From NCBI GenBank assembly GCA_030612025.1, contig JAUWOR010000001.1, forward strand, positions 1 through 64,000: a DNA stretch of 64,000 nucleotides, given 5' to 3'. The DNA is from Dehalococcoidia bacterium. GTDB lineage: Bacteria; Chloroflexota; Dehalococcoidia; GIF9; AB-539-J10. This document shows, piece by piece, positions 38,209 through 47,859 of the stretch; position 1 is the first letter of the stretch; the number at the start of each line of letters is the position of its first letter. The position numbers and the translations under genes are program-made. A model generated the notes under the pieces. The model had not been told where the DNA came from, did no database searches, and worked only from the letters and a program-made list of their open reading frames with translations.

Positions 38209-39597
38209 ATGTTACGACGGATCGTGGTATTAGCATTGATTGTTGGCATGCTTTTTAGCACAAGCTGTATTTGTCTCTTTTACGCATCGTCTGTTGAATG
38301 CCCCGGTGTAACAGGTGACAATTCAGGTGGTGCTATCGTGGCCTACGAAGTCTATAAAGGTAATAGCCGAAATGTTTATGTCCAAAGAATAGGCCCTGGG
38401 GGGAAAATCTTATGGGGTGAGAAAGGTGTGCCGCTATACATCGCCCAAGGTTGCACTGAGGGCGGCGGCAAGACCGCTCTAGCAGTGGCTGATGGCTATG
38501 GTGGTGTCATCTTAGTTTGGTGGGAGGAACAGGGCCTTTTCGCCCAAAAGATGGATTCCGAGGGCTATGCCTTGTGGCAGGAAGGGGGGATATTAGCCTC
38601 CACCGGTTATGTTGGGAACTACAAGATGGTAAGCGATAGCCTGGGCGGAGCCATCATCTCATGGTCTGATGATTGGGGCAAGTTGTATCTTCAAAGGGTA
38701 GATTCTGAAGGTAGCCTTTTGTGGATGAAGGCTGGTGCTCCGATACACCTTAGAACACATCCTATGCCAGCTAGTCACGCATTCGATATAGCCAGTGATG
38801 ATTCGGGCGGCACCATTACTGTCTGGAAGAGTAAAGAAGGCAACATCTTTGCTCAGAAGATAGACTCTGAGGGCAACATTTTATGGCGTCAGGGTGGATT
38901 ATTGGTATCTGCCCCACATCAAGAAAGCCCTCAGGTAGTGAGCGATGGCTCAGGTGGAGCCATAATTGTTTGGATGCATCACGTACTATCAGAGAATGGC
39001 CATGGCTACAGCGGTTCAGATATTTATGCTCAGAGAATAGATGCCGAGGGCAATATTTTGTGGGAGCCAGATGGTGTGCCCATCTGTATTGGGTCGAAGG
39101 AGGCAGCTGTCCCTCATATCATAAGCGATGGCTTAGGCGGTGCCATCGTTACTTGGAGGGCTCCTTGCTCCATCTACGCTCAGAGAATAGATTCCAAAGG
39201 CAACATTTTATGGCCTGAAGATGGCATACAAGTTTGGGAGGCTGAAGGTCCCCAAAGCCCTCATTACTGTATAACAAGCGACGGTTTCAACGGAGCCATC
39301 ATTGTTTGGTGGTATGTTGAAGAAGGTAAATCGGTAGACCAAGGGGGCGTGCTCCGTGCTCAGCGGTTAGATCCTAGCGGGAGAAAACTATGGGAAACCA
39401 ATGGAACGCTAGTATCAACTGACCCTTCTTGGGGCTATTCCTACGGTCCAATAATCTCGGGAGATGGCCATGGTGGGGTCATTGTCTCCTGGACAGCTGG
39501 TAAACGCATGCATGCCTCAAACTTGTCTTATGTTCAGAGAATAGATGCTCAAGGCAACCGCTTATGGGGAGAAAAGGGGATCTTGCTAAATGGCTAG
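38209..39597 (+). CDS. Beta-propeller repeat lipoprotein
   Basis: ~8 repeats of SDGxGGAIIxW...YAQRIDxxGxxLW; lipobox STSC. Confidence 0.8.
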   Translation: MLRRIVVLALIVGMLFSTSCICLFYASSVECPGVTGDNSGGAIVAYEVYKGNSRNVYVQRIGPGGKILWGEKGVPLYIAQGCTEGGGKTALAVADGYGGVILVWWEEQGLFAQKMDSEGYALWQEGGILASTGYVGNYKMVSDSLGGAIISWSDDWGKLYLQRVDSEGSLLWMKAGAPIHLRTHPMPASHAFDIASDDSGGTITVWKSKEGNIFAQKIDSEGNILWRQGGLLVSAPHQESPQVVSDGSGGAIIVWMHHVLSENGHGYSGSDIYAQRIDAEGNILWEPDGVPICIGSKEAAVPHIISDGLGGAIVTWRAPCSIYAQRIDSKGNILWPEDGIQVWEAEGPQSPHYCITSDGFNGAIIVWWYVEEGKSVDQGGVLRAQRLDPSGRKLWETNGTLVSTDPSWGYSYGPIISGDGHGGVIVSWTAGKRMHASNLSYVQRIDAQGNRLWGEKGILLNG

Positions 39598-39644
39598 GAT
39601 TTACAGCCTTCCTCAAAGCCCATAGCTATTGCGGTAGTACACAG

Positions 39645-39884
39645 GCAGATGACATAGATAATGACTGGCCAACGGCACTAATGGGGCCTGACTTCAAATA
39701 CCTACCGGGAGATGAACCCCACTGGATCGCAATAAGGGGATACGAATATCCTTACCCTGGGTATGAGCACGAGCACGCAATAATGTGCACGGACTCAGCC
39801 ACGTGTACTAGCTACTTGCACCTCGACTGGGATAACTTAAGTATCCCTTTCCCGCCAGTTGAGACTGTCCTTATTATGGATTAA
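39645..39884 (+). pseudogene. Orphan C-terminal half of a second C39-like peptidase
   Basis: DDIDNDWP...HWIAIRGY...CTDSAT...LDW...IMD* parallels the C-terminus of 36976-38097; no own start or catalytic Cys. Confidence 0.75.
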
Positions 39885-39907
39885 GGTTAGTAAGTGTAAG
39901 GGAAACT

Positions 39908-39954
39908 TAATGTGGCAGGCATTAATTCTAAACTTTTATACGCCTGCCACGTTA
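39908..39954 (+). terminator. Stem-loop after orphan peptidase tail
   Basis: TAATGTGGCAGGC / GCCTGCCACGTTA. Confidence 0.5.
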
Positions 39955-39970
39955 TTATTAAAAAGGGTAA

Positions 39971-41089
39971 ATGAGGAAATTTATGGGACGCTTTGTTATC
40001 GTCGCAGCAGTGTTACTGCTGTCCTTGTCGGGCGCTGGCTGCGATGTGACCTCCCCAGAGGCTAATGACGTGGTGGTGGACAAAATTGCCTTCGGCTCGG
40101 ATTTCGAAGATCCTGGCCAACATTTCTTTGTTTATACCATCAACCCCGACGGCAGTGACCTGACAAAGATAGGTGAAGCTGGGATTGCCTCTTTCAAATG
40201 GTCGCCTGACGGTACAAGAATTGCCTTCATTGGATATGACGGAGAGCTGTGGGTTGCCGATGCCAAGGGCATGAATGCCTCCAGGGTGGAGCTGGCTAAC
40301 ATGGAGCGTCTGCAACCCTGGATTGGATATACGCTTTCTTGGTCTCCCGATGGCACAGAGATTGTCGCTTCATGTGTATTTTACCTGTCAGCGGATGATT
40401 ACATAACCGAACTTTGTACCATAAATGTTGAAACCGGCGTGGTGGAAAAGTTAACGGACGCCCCTGATGACTATAAATACGCGCCATCATGGTCGCCCGA
40501 CGGCAGCCAAATCACCTTCACTGTTCCGGGTCCTCCCGACTCTATCTACCTGATTGATCCCGATGGCAGCAATCAAAGGCTCTTGGCCACCGTCCCACAA
40601 CTAGCTGGGCCAATTAGCTGGTCGCCCGACGGGAAACAGATAATGTATGCCGCCAGGGGGGAGGAGGGGTGTGGAGATGACGTATACCTAGATGACATAT
40701 ACCTGATGGATGTTGAACAGGGCACCAGTGTTAATTTAACCAACAGCCCTGATATGGATGACCAAGCTCCTGTCTGGTCACCTGATGGCACAAGGATTGC
40801 TTTCAGCTCCCAGAAACGTATGGGTACGGAGCAGATTTATGTGATGGATGCCGATGGCAGCAATGTAGTACAACTGACCGATGGAAAGGATGAAAAGCTT
40901 AATTTCTACTGGCCTTCGTGGTCACCCGATGGCAAAAGAATCGCTTTCACAGGCGAGTTAGTGCGTCTTGGCCCTGAGAGTGAACAATGGTGCGGCATTT
41001 TCGTTATGGATATCGACAGCCACAGCATGACCGAGCTCATTGGTTCTAAGGATGCTGATTATGGGCCCCCTGTCTGGTCACCTCGATAG
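39971..41089 (+). CDS. TolB-like (PD40) beta-propeller lipoprotein
   Basis: Lipobox GAGC; repeated WSPDG..IAF. Confidence 0.88.
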   Translation: MRKFMGRFVIVAAVLLLSLSGAGCDVTSPEANDVVVDKIAFGSDFEDPGQHFFVYTINPDGSDLTKIGEAGIASFKWSPDGTRIAFIGYDGELWVADAKGMNASRVELANMERLQPWIGYTLSWSPDGTEIVASCVFYLSADDYITELCTINVETGVVEKLTDAPDDYKYAPSWSPDGSQITFTVPGPPDSIYLIDPDGSNQRLLATVPQLAGPISWSPDGKQIMYAARGEEGCGDDVYLDDIYLMDVEQGTSVNLTNSPDMDDQAPVWSPDGTRIAFSSQKRMGTEQIYVMDADGSNVVQLTDGKDEKLNFYWPSWSPDGKRIAFTGELVRLGPESEQWCGIFVMDIDSHSMTELIGSKDADYGPPVWSPR

Positions 41090-41148
41090 GGAACAAGGCA
41101 GCAACGCAGGTTTCTAGCGACCAGCGACTTGCCAAATATTAATATGCC

Positions 41149-41685
41149 TCAAAACCTGTAGCTATCTCGGTAATATACTAACAAATATAGCTCTCTAAGC
41201 AGGTCGGACTCGTTGTGGCGAATAATCTGCTGCAAATAATCCCTATCCCCGGTCTTAAGAAACTTTTCCCATAATAAAGGGATATCCTTGCCACTTATCA
41301 CTGGCTCGCTAAAATAATGCTCTGCGTGGGTGAACAACTCATCCAATTTGGGCCATTTAAGACCAAGCTTTTCCGCTTTTTCCCTCCAGGGCTGGAATAA
41401 GTCTATCCCTTCTATATTCATTCCCCTGGCTTTAAGAAATTCTTTCTCAAAAGAGAGGTTGTAGGCATAGAATGGCTTGGGCAACTTGGGAATGAGTCCA
41501 GCAATCTGAGTGATAAAAGGCTCTTCGTCCTTTGAAGTGCGGCATATTATTTCGAGGCGACTCCCTTGAACATAGCCAAAAACCACTATCTCATCATGAA
41601 TTCTATCCAGCCCGGTAGTCTCTATATCAATTAAGGTTCCCTGTGGAATGCTTACCATTAACTCCCGACTATATGAGGTAATCAT
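41149..41685 (-). CDS. RNase H-like (YprB/DEDD) domain protein
   Basis: DIETTGL, AYNLSFE, HNESDL. Confidence 0.82.
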   Translation of the reverse strand: MITSYSRELMVSIPQGTLIDIETTGLDRIHDEIVVFGYVQGSRLEIICRTSKDEEPFITQIAGLIPKLPKPFYAYNLSFEKEFLKARGMNIEGIDLFQPWREKAEKLGLKWPKLDELFTHAEHYFSEPVISGKDIPLLWEKFLKTGDRDYLQQIIRHNESDLLRELYLLVYYRDSYRF

Positions 41686-41860
41686 ATTTTCCCTCTCTTT
41701 CGCTAAGCATTATACGAGCTAGACTACACCAAAGATAGCACAATGAGCTAAAATTATAACCTCCCACACAACGTCTTATAAAACTCCTCTCATGTAATGA
41801 ATTTTTTCTTCCTTACAAGAGAGGTTAGGTGAGGGTGACTTTCCCCCTCCTTCTAACTCC

Positions 41861-41981
41861 GAGGCTGTTTAATTTTGCCTCATCCAGTTTTAATACCCGT
41901 TCACCCCCAAGATCCTCGTAGTGCGACCCTTTAGGGTCGTGCACGAGGCTAAAGCCTCGCACTACACTTTTAAACACCCTC
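41861..41981. mobile_element. MITE-like element with GTAGTGCGA...TCGCACTAC core
   Basis: GAGGCTGTTTAA / TTAAACACCCTC; flanks ACTCC / GCTCC. Confidence 0.85.
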
Positions 41982-42050
41982 GCTCCTCCCACTAGGGGAG
42001 GGAGAATTGTAAGGAATTTTGCAATTGAGTATAGTATCAAGCGATTTGCT

Positions 42051-42277
42051 ATGTAGCTTCAAGGCATAGGCAAGATTCTAATTCTAGTCGGGGCTTTCCT
42101 CGCCTTCTTTGGCTTGCTTCTGGTCTTCTGGCAGAAGCTTCCCTTCCTGGGAAAGCTCCCCGGTGACATATTCATGCAAAAAGGAAACTTTCAATTCTTC
42201 TTCCCCATAGTGACTTGCCCATAATTAGCATCCTGCTTACCATCATTTTGAACTTCGTCATCCATTTATTCAGATAA
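42051..42277 (+). pseudogene. DUF2905 family pseudogene
   Basis: M*LQGIGKILIL...LGKLPGDI...FFFPIVTC...; TAG at codon 2 and two frameshifts. Confidence 0.75.
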
Positions 42278-42281
42278 AACT

Positions 42282-42309
42282 AAGTGAGCCTCCGTCTGGA
42301 GGCTCACTT
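42282..42309. terminator. Hairpin, possibly bidirectional terminator
   Basis: AAGTGAGCCTCC-GTCT-GGAGGCTCACTT. Confidence 0.6.
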
Positions 42310-42621
42310 GTGAATATCGCTATTCAATTCTTAACCCCTACTCCTCCTTTTAGTTTCGGACTAAATATCCTTTGCCCCTAATTATTTAGGGCCCACTATA
42401 ACAAGCGAGAAGCTCGGGGCTTCCCAATGCTCCCCGCCAGTGCATCTCAGTTAGTATCAGCTACCTCCCCCTAGCACTAGCGGGGAGCTATTATCGGGAA
42501 AAATCCAGGTGCACAATAGCGCTTGCCGCATCATGCTCACCTCCTTCGCTAAGCAGAATCAAGCTTTTGCCTAGCATTAATATATTAACAAATATGAGCG
42601 GATAAGTCAAATCAACATAGC

Positions 42622-42821
42622 GAGAGTGTTTATTAATTGGCAAAGAATGTCACTCTGAGCCCTTCGCTTCCTGTCATTCTGAGAGGGAGAGCCGAAGCCT
42701 TGAGCATAGCGAAAGGGTCAGCGACCGAAGAATCTCGCTCAGGACAGGCTCCGTGAAGAGTCTAAAAGAGATTCTTCGCCCGTAGGGCTCAGAATGACAA
42801 ATAGGATTACTAAACAGTCCC
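42622..42821. mobile_element. MITE-like element enclosing nested TGTCA...TGACA palindromes
   Basis: GAGAGTGTTTATTAAT / ATTACTAAACAGTCCC; core related to 7943-7988 and 11840-11911. Confidence 0.6.
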
Positions 42822-42893
42822 CTCCCCTTTTCTGGCACCCCCCAAGCTAACGCTAAAATGCTAAAATGAACTATTAAGAGCGATTAGTTTATT

Positions 42894-43862
42894 ATGGATA
42901 TCTGTGAAGAATTAAGGAGCAAGCTTAAAGAAGCTACCAAGAAGAACAGAGCCGATGCTATTCTCCTCTCAGGAGGACTTGATACCAGCATTTTGGCCTT
43001 CATAGCGAAGCCAGCCATAGCCTTCACAGTAGCTTTGAAAGATTCCCAAGCATCCGACCTAATCTACTCAGAAAAAGTGTCGAGACTTCTGGGAATAGCG
43101 CACAAAAAAATGGAGTTCAGTGTGGAAGAGGCACTAAATGCACTCCCTGAGGTTATCAGAATATTGAAAACCTTCGACCTCGCTTTACCCAACGACCTTT
43201 CCTTATACTTTGCCCTCAAACTTGTCCAGGAAAACAATGTTTGTTCCATCATGACCGGCGACGGAGCCGATGAACTTTTTGCCGGCTACTCTTACATGGC
43301 ATCACTCCCACCCAAAGCTCTTAAAAAGTATATAAGCCACCTTTCAAAAAGCTGGCACTTCTCAGCCAATGAGCTCGGCGAGGCTTTAGGCATTGAGGTA
43401 AAGCAACCTTTTCTCGATAAGGATTTCATTCGTTTCGCTCTGGAAATAAGCCCTGAACTCAAGGTCAAAAATGGCATCGGTAAACATATTCTGAGAAAGA
43501 GCTTTGGGGACTTAATTCCACCAGAGATAGTGTGGCGGAAAAAAGAGCCTATAGAATATGGCTCAGGTTCTAGTAGGCTTCGCAAAATAATAGAGAATAT
43601 GGTCTCTGAGGAAGAGTTCCGGGCAGTAAAAGAGAAAACTGGCATAAAATTCATCAATAAGGAACACTCTTTTTATTACCGTATCTATAGCGAAGTCGTT
43701 GGGGAAATACCTCAAACCTCACCATCGGCTCCCTCTCCATTTACTGGAGAGGGACGGGGTGAGGTAGAAAGATGTCCCTGCTGCGGAGCAAGCATGGGTA
43801 AATGGCATTGCAGGATTTGCGGCTTTTCACGACCTCTTAAGGAATACCTAACCAGTTCTTAA
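42894..43862 (+). CDS. Asparagine synthase C-terminal-domain protein with Zn-ribbon tail
   Basis: LLSGGLDTS, TGDGADELFAGY, PFLD, KHILR, WRKK; CPCC...HCRIC. Confidence 0.85.
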   Translation: MDICEELRSKLKEATKKNRADAILLSGGLDTSILAFIAKPAIAFTVALKDSQASDLIYSEKVSRLLGIAHKKMEFSVEEALNALPEVIRILKTFDLALPNDLSLYFALKLVQENNVCSIMTGDGADELFAGYSYMASLPPKALKKYISHLSKSWHFSANELGEALGIEVKQPFLDKDFIRFALEISPELKVKNGIGKHILRKSFGDLIPPEIVWRKKEPIEYGSGSSRLRKIIENMVSEEEFRAVKEKTGIKFINKEHSFYYRIYSEVVGEIPQTSPSAPSPFTGEGRGEVERCPCCGASMGKWHCRICGFSRPLKEYLTSS

Positions 43863-44064
43863 CTCAGGTCAGAGACAACCCTAGTACCTACGCCAACCAT
43901 AATGACCTAGCAGTCAGTCTGAGTAACGTATGCCGTAGCCTTGGAACAGATGAAATGCAGCCATCAGCCAGCTTCAAAAAACTTGATCCTGGATTACTCA
44001 GACGAGCCCCTACGGTTCAGCCTTTTCATGTTATAATGTAGTCATCACGGAGGAGGTTCGTAAT

Positions 44065-44304
44065 ATGGAGGATTGGAAAGGACGCATCTCTATAGACCCG
44101 AATGTCTGTCATGGCAAGCCCTGCATTAAGGGCACACGAATCATGGTATGGATTATTGTAAGCTGCTTGGCTAACGGCGATTCTGTTGAAGATATCCTGG
44201 AGGCCTACCCAGGACTCAAGCGAGAAGATATCCACGCTGCCTTGGCTTACGCCGCAGAGATGACGCGCGAGAAGGTGCTGCCAGTAGAGGTAGCAAATGC
44301 CTGA
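44065..44304 (+). CDS. DUF433 antitoxin
   Basis: DPNVCHGKPCIKGTRI...YPGLKREDIHAALAYA. Confidence 0.92.
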   Translation: MEDWKGRISIDPNVCHGKPCIKGTRIMVWIIVSCLANGDSVEDILEAYPGLKREDIHAALAYAAEMTREKVLPVEVANA

Positions 44305-44672
44305 TGAAGCTCAAACTGGATGAAAACATTGATCCACGAGCCAAAGACATCCTAACGCAGGCAGGCCATGATGTTCTTACTGCGCAAGAGGAGGCACTCG
44401 GTGGGGTTCTGGATGACGCCGTTGCGGCAGCCGCGAGTCGTGAAGGACGTTGTTTGCTCACTTTAGACCTGGATTTCGCTAACATTTTCGCTTACCCCCC
44501 AGAAAGGTATGCGGGGCTAGTGGTGCTGCGCCATCCTTATCCGACAGTAAAAGGTTTACTGGATCTTGTTCACCAGTTCACTATTTCCCTATGTTCCCAT
44601 AACCCGCACCGACATCTCTGGATTGTGGAACCAGGTCGCCTTCGCATTCACGAGGAGACAGAGAGTGAATAA
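44304..44672 (+). CDS. DUF5615 PIN-like toxin
   Basis: MKLKLDENI...GHDV...LLTLDLDF; coupled to DUF433. Confidence 0.9.
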   Translation: MKLKLDENIDPRAKDILTQAGHDVLTAQEEALGGVLDDAVAAAASREGRCLLTLDLDFANIFAYPPERYAGLVVLRHPYPTVKGLLDLVHQFTISLCSHNPHRHLWIVEPGRLRIHEETESE

Positions 44673-44694
44673 TCACTCATAGTGGGAGAAATAT

Positions 44695-44793
44695 ATGGCA
44701 AAGATTAAAATCACCAAGACCGAGCTCGTCTGGCCAGGCAAGTATGACGAGAATGGTCAGCGTAAGGAGGTGGAGAGGGCTGGGGTGAGGTAG
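44695..44793 (+). pseudogene. 5' stub of a site-specific DNA methyltransferase (Mod-like)
   Basis: MAKIKITKTELVWPGKYDENGQRKEVER then runs into duplicated asnB-like tail. Confidence 0.6.
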
Positions 44794-44859
44794 AAAGGTG
44801 CCCTTGCTGCGGAGCAGGCATGGGTAAATGGCATTGCAGTGTTTGCGGCTTTTCACGAC
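44771..44859 (+). repeat. Duplicate of the 3' end of the asparagine synthase-like gene
   Basis: 89-nt direct repeat of 43745-43833 with 8 mismatches. Confidence 0.9.
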
Positions 44860-44907
44860 TTGTAATATAAAGTTTCTTTGCTTACTTCTTTTTCAAGCAG
44901 GGTAAGC

Positions 44908-45504
44908 TTACGCCTTTATCTTTACTGGAATGCCGGAAGCCATGAAGTAAACCTCATCGGCATGTTGGGCTAGAAGCTGATTGGCTTTGCCCAGGAGGTC
45001 TCGATAAACTCGACCCAGCTTGTTCTCCGGCACCAAGCCCAAACCTACTTCGTTGGAAACCACGATAAAAGTACCTTTATGTTTATTGATGCACTCAATT
45101 AGCTCTTTTACCTCGGTCATGACTTGTTTTTCTGCCTCAGAGATTGCTTCGCCGTTTTCACCCTCACCTTCGTCCTCTCCCGTCGAGGGAGAGGAAAAGG
45201 GTTCCCTACCTTCTCTAGTTAGAATATTGGAAACGAGCAAAGTTAAGCAATCAAGCAGCACTACATCGGCATCTTTAATCTGCCCTTTTAACTGTTGACC
45301 TAGTTTGATATCAATTTCTAAAGTCCGCCAGTTCTTGGGGCGCATTCTCTTATGCTCTTCAATCCGTGAAGCCATCTCCTCATCAAGAGGCTGTCCAGTG
45401 GCGACAAAGAGAACTTTCTCCCCGAGTTTTGTTGCCATGCTCTGAGCAAACCCGCTCTTGCCGCTGCGTGCCCCACCCAGAATGAGAATAAAACTTTTAG
45501 ACAA
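44908..45504 (-). CDS. cobU: Adenosylcobinamide kinase/guanylyltransferase
   Basis: GGARSGKS, RIEEH, LDCLT, VSNEVGLG; TTG start after GGAGG. Confidence 0.93.
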   Translation of the reverse strand: MSKSFILILGGARSGKSGFAQSMATKLGEKVLFVATGQPLDEEMASRIEEHKRMRPKNWRTLEIDIKLGQQLKGQIKDADVVLLDCLTLLVSNILTREGREPFSSPSTGEDEGEGENGEAISEAEKQVMTEVKELIECINKHKGTFIVVSNEVGLGLVPENKLGRVYRDLLGKANQLLAQHADEVYFMASGIPVKIKA

Positions 45505-45523
45505 TCTACCTCCAAATGTCATT

Positions 45524-45643
45524 GGGGCCGTTTAATTTTGCCTCATCCAGTTTTAATACCCGTTCACCCCAAGATCCTCGTAGTGTGACCCTTTAGGGTC
45601 GTGCACGAGGCTAAAGCCTCGCACTACATTTTTAAACACCCTC
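45524..45643. mobile_element. MITE-like element, 41861 family
   Basis: Near-identical to 41861-41981; flanks GTCATT / GTCGTT; inserted in a TGTCATT...AATGACA repeat. Confidence 0.85.
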
Positions 45644-45726
45644 GTCGTTGGGAACCCCAAGATGAAGAATCTTTTGTAGACTCTTCGCTTCGCTCGCAAT
45701 GACAGGGAGAATCTGCTGGCTCAAAC

Positions 45727-46485
45727 TTAACTTAGCCAACTAGCTCCTCCCAATTCACCAATCAGTAACGTTAGAATGAGTGCGACCACTTCAGCAAATT
45801 CATTTATGGCACCATAAGTATCCCCGGTAAGCCCTCCAAATCTGGAGCAAAGATATTTTGAAACCACCAGGAGGATAAGGCCAAGCGCTGCCAAGAGCAC
45901 TGCCCCCCACCACTTCAACAAAACCAACACCACAATGAAGGAAAATAGAGTTGCCACAACCATACCCCAAAAACTTGCCCCACGCTTGATAGCCCACCCC
46001 ATACCTTCCTTTTTAGCCAGAGGGAAGAAGGAAATAGCATAGACCATCCCCCAGCGACTCAAGATAGGCATAAGTATCAGGGCACTTGCCCTCAATTGTT
46101 GCGGCAAGGCAACCAAAGAGGCAAACTTGGCGAGAATTAGACAACATCCCCCGACCACCCCAAACCCACCAACTCGACTATCAGACATAACTTTCAACCT
46201 ATCTAAAGTTGAGCTTTTTATGGCGAACCCATCACAGGTATCAATAAAGCCATCGAGGTGTAAAGCCCCGGTGAGAATAACAAGAACAATGACGAGCAAG
46301 ACATTAATTAGAATCGAGGGCAGAAATAACCCCAGCAAGTAATCAAGCCCGAATAGCACCAGGCCCAAGAACAAGCCTACTACAGGGAAGAAACCTATTG
46401 ACTTCCCTAAGTCCTCAGCGCCATACTCCCGACGACAAGGAGAAGGTATTATGGTAAGAAATTGCCAGGCAATCCAGAATCTCAT
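45727..46485 (-). CDS. cobS: Cobalamin synthase
   Basis: QFLT, TGALHLDGFIDTCDG, MSDSRVG, GGLTGDTYGA. Confidence 0.95.
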   Translation of the reverse strand: MRFWIAWQFLTIIPSPCRREYGAEDLGKSIGFFPVVGLFLGLVLFGLDYLLGLFLPSILINVLLVIVLVILTGALHLDGFIDTCDGFAIKSSTLDRLKVMSDSRVGGFGVVGGCCLILAKFASLVALPQQLRASALILMPILSRWGMVYAISFFPLAKKEGMGWAIKRGASFWGMVVATLFSFIVVLVLLKWWGAVLLAALGLILLVVSKYLCSRFGGLTGDTYGAINEFAEVVALILTLLIGELGGASWLS

Positions 46486-46617
46486 TTAAGTTAAATCCAA
46501 AATTCTAATCAGAAAATTAAAAATCAAAGGTCAAAAGTCACAATGGCAATTCAAAAAGCAAACTTTTTAACTTTTGCTCTGTCATTTTGCATTTTTATTT
46601 TTGCCTTTTGCACTTCC

Positions 46618-46762
46618 GAGAGCGTTTAATTTTGCCCCAGCTTTGATTTTAGCTTCATCTTGATTAAATCCAAGAATCTTCACCCCCGCGATTTTCGTAG
46701 TGCGACCCTTTAGGGTCGTGCGCACGAGGCTAAAGCCTCGCACTACATTTTTAAACGTCCTC
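46618..46762. mobile_element. MITE-like element, 41861 family, nested in a heptamer repeat
   Basis: GAGAGCGTTTAA / TTAAACGTCCTC; interrupts an inverted copy of the 14401 repeat. Confidence 0.8.
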
Positions 46763-46789
46763 CATTTCAAATTATGTTGGCTATAATAT

Positions 46790-47851
46790 TTAATGCTTCT
46801 CCTTGGTGACACCAGCTTCAGCGAAGGTTGCCATCTCAGCCAAGGTCTTCACTGCTGCCTCGACGATTGCCATGCCTAATGCCGCACCTGTCCCCTCGCC
46901 AAGGCGCATCCTCAGATCCAGGAGCGGCGTCAATCCCAAGTATTGCAGCAACGCCTTATGCCCACTCTCAGCCGAGAGGTGAGCAGCGATAAGGTAATCC
47001 TTTAATCTGGGCGAGAGTTTGGCAGCGATGAGTGCAGCAGCCCCAGAAATAAAGCCATCAACGACTACAGGGACACGATGTGCTGCCGCTCCAAGCATAA
47101 CTCCGGCCAATCCTCCGATTTCAAAACCACCAACTTTGGCCAGCACATCAATAGGGTCTCGAGGGTCGGGTTTATTAAGCTCTAAAGCTTCTTGAATCAC
47201 CTCGGCTTTATGAGCGAGTTGCTTATTGGCCAACCCTGTGCCTCGTCCGGTGAGCTCTTCTACCGGTTCGCCCATAATAGCAGCACATATAGCACTACTG
47301 GCAGTGGTATTGCCAATGCCCATGTCTCCGGTACCTACAATGTCAAGCCCTTTAGCTATCTCATCTTCTACAATTTCAATCCCAGCTTCTATTGATTTCA
47401 TAGCTTCGCTGTGGCTCATCGCTGCCTCCCGAGCCATATTCTTCGTTCCATAAGCTATTTTCTTACAAATGAGGTTAGGATGTGGTGGGAGATCAGCCAC
47501 TGTTCCCATATCAACTACGACAACACGGGCATCAATAAAGCGGGCAAGAATATTTATGCCAGCACCACCACTGAGGAAGTTGCATACCATCTGTCCTGTG
47601 ACTCCTTGAGGGTAAGCGCTCACTCCCTCACTTACCACCCCATGGTCAGCAGCCATAGTCACAATAGCTTTGTGCTCAAGGCTATGAATTACCTTGCCCT
47701 TAATACCGGCTACTTGTATAGAAAGCTCCTCCAGCCGTCCTAGGCTCCCCTTAGGTTTGGTCAATTTATCCTGACGAACCTTAGCTGCCTCCATGGCCCT
47801 CTTATCCAGAGGCTTTATTTCTGTTAGTATTCGGGATAGAAAATCACTCAT
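46790..47851 (-). CDS. cobT: Nicotinate-nucleotide-dimethylbenzimidazole phosphoribosyltransferase
   Basis: [36 protein letters not shown]. Confidence 0.95.
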   Translation of the reverse strand: MSDFLSRILTEIKPLDKRAMEAAKVRQDKLTKPKGSLGRLEELSIQVAGIKGKVIHSLEHKAIVTMAADHGVVSEGVSAYPQGVTGQMVCNFLSGGAGINILARFIDARVVVVDMGTVADLPPHPNLICKKIAYGTKNMAREAAMSHSEAMKSIEAGIEIVEDEIAKGLDIVGTGDMGIGNTTASSAICAAIMGEPVEELTGRGTGLANKQLAHKAEVIQEALELNKPDPRDPIDVLAKVGGFEIGGLAGVMLGAAAHRVPVVVDGFISGAAALIAAKLSPRLKDYLIAAHLSAESGHKALLQYLGLTPLLDLRMRLGEGTGAALGMAIVEAAVKTLAEMATFAEAGVTKEKH

Positions 47852-47859
47852 TAATGCTG

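Noticed and set aside
39564-39884. 106-aa ORF as an independent gene
   Set aside because: Its ATG is out of frame inside the upstream gene; only the part from ~39645 is peptidase-like.
41825-42040. ORFs 79-315, 41825-42040, 46582-46812, 53080-53352
   Set aside because: They are chance translations of repeat elements or overlaps with real genes.
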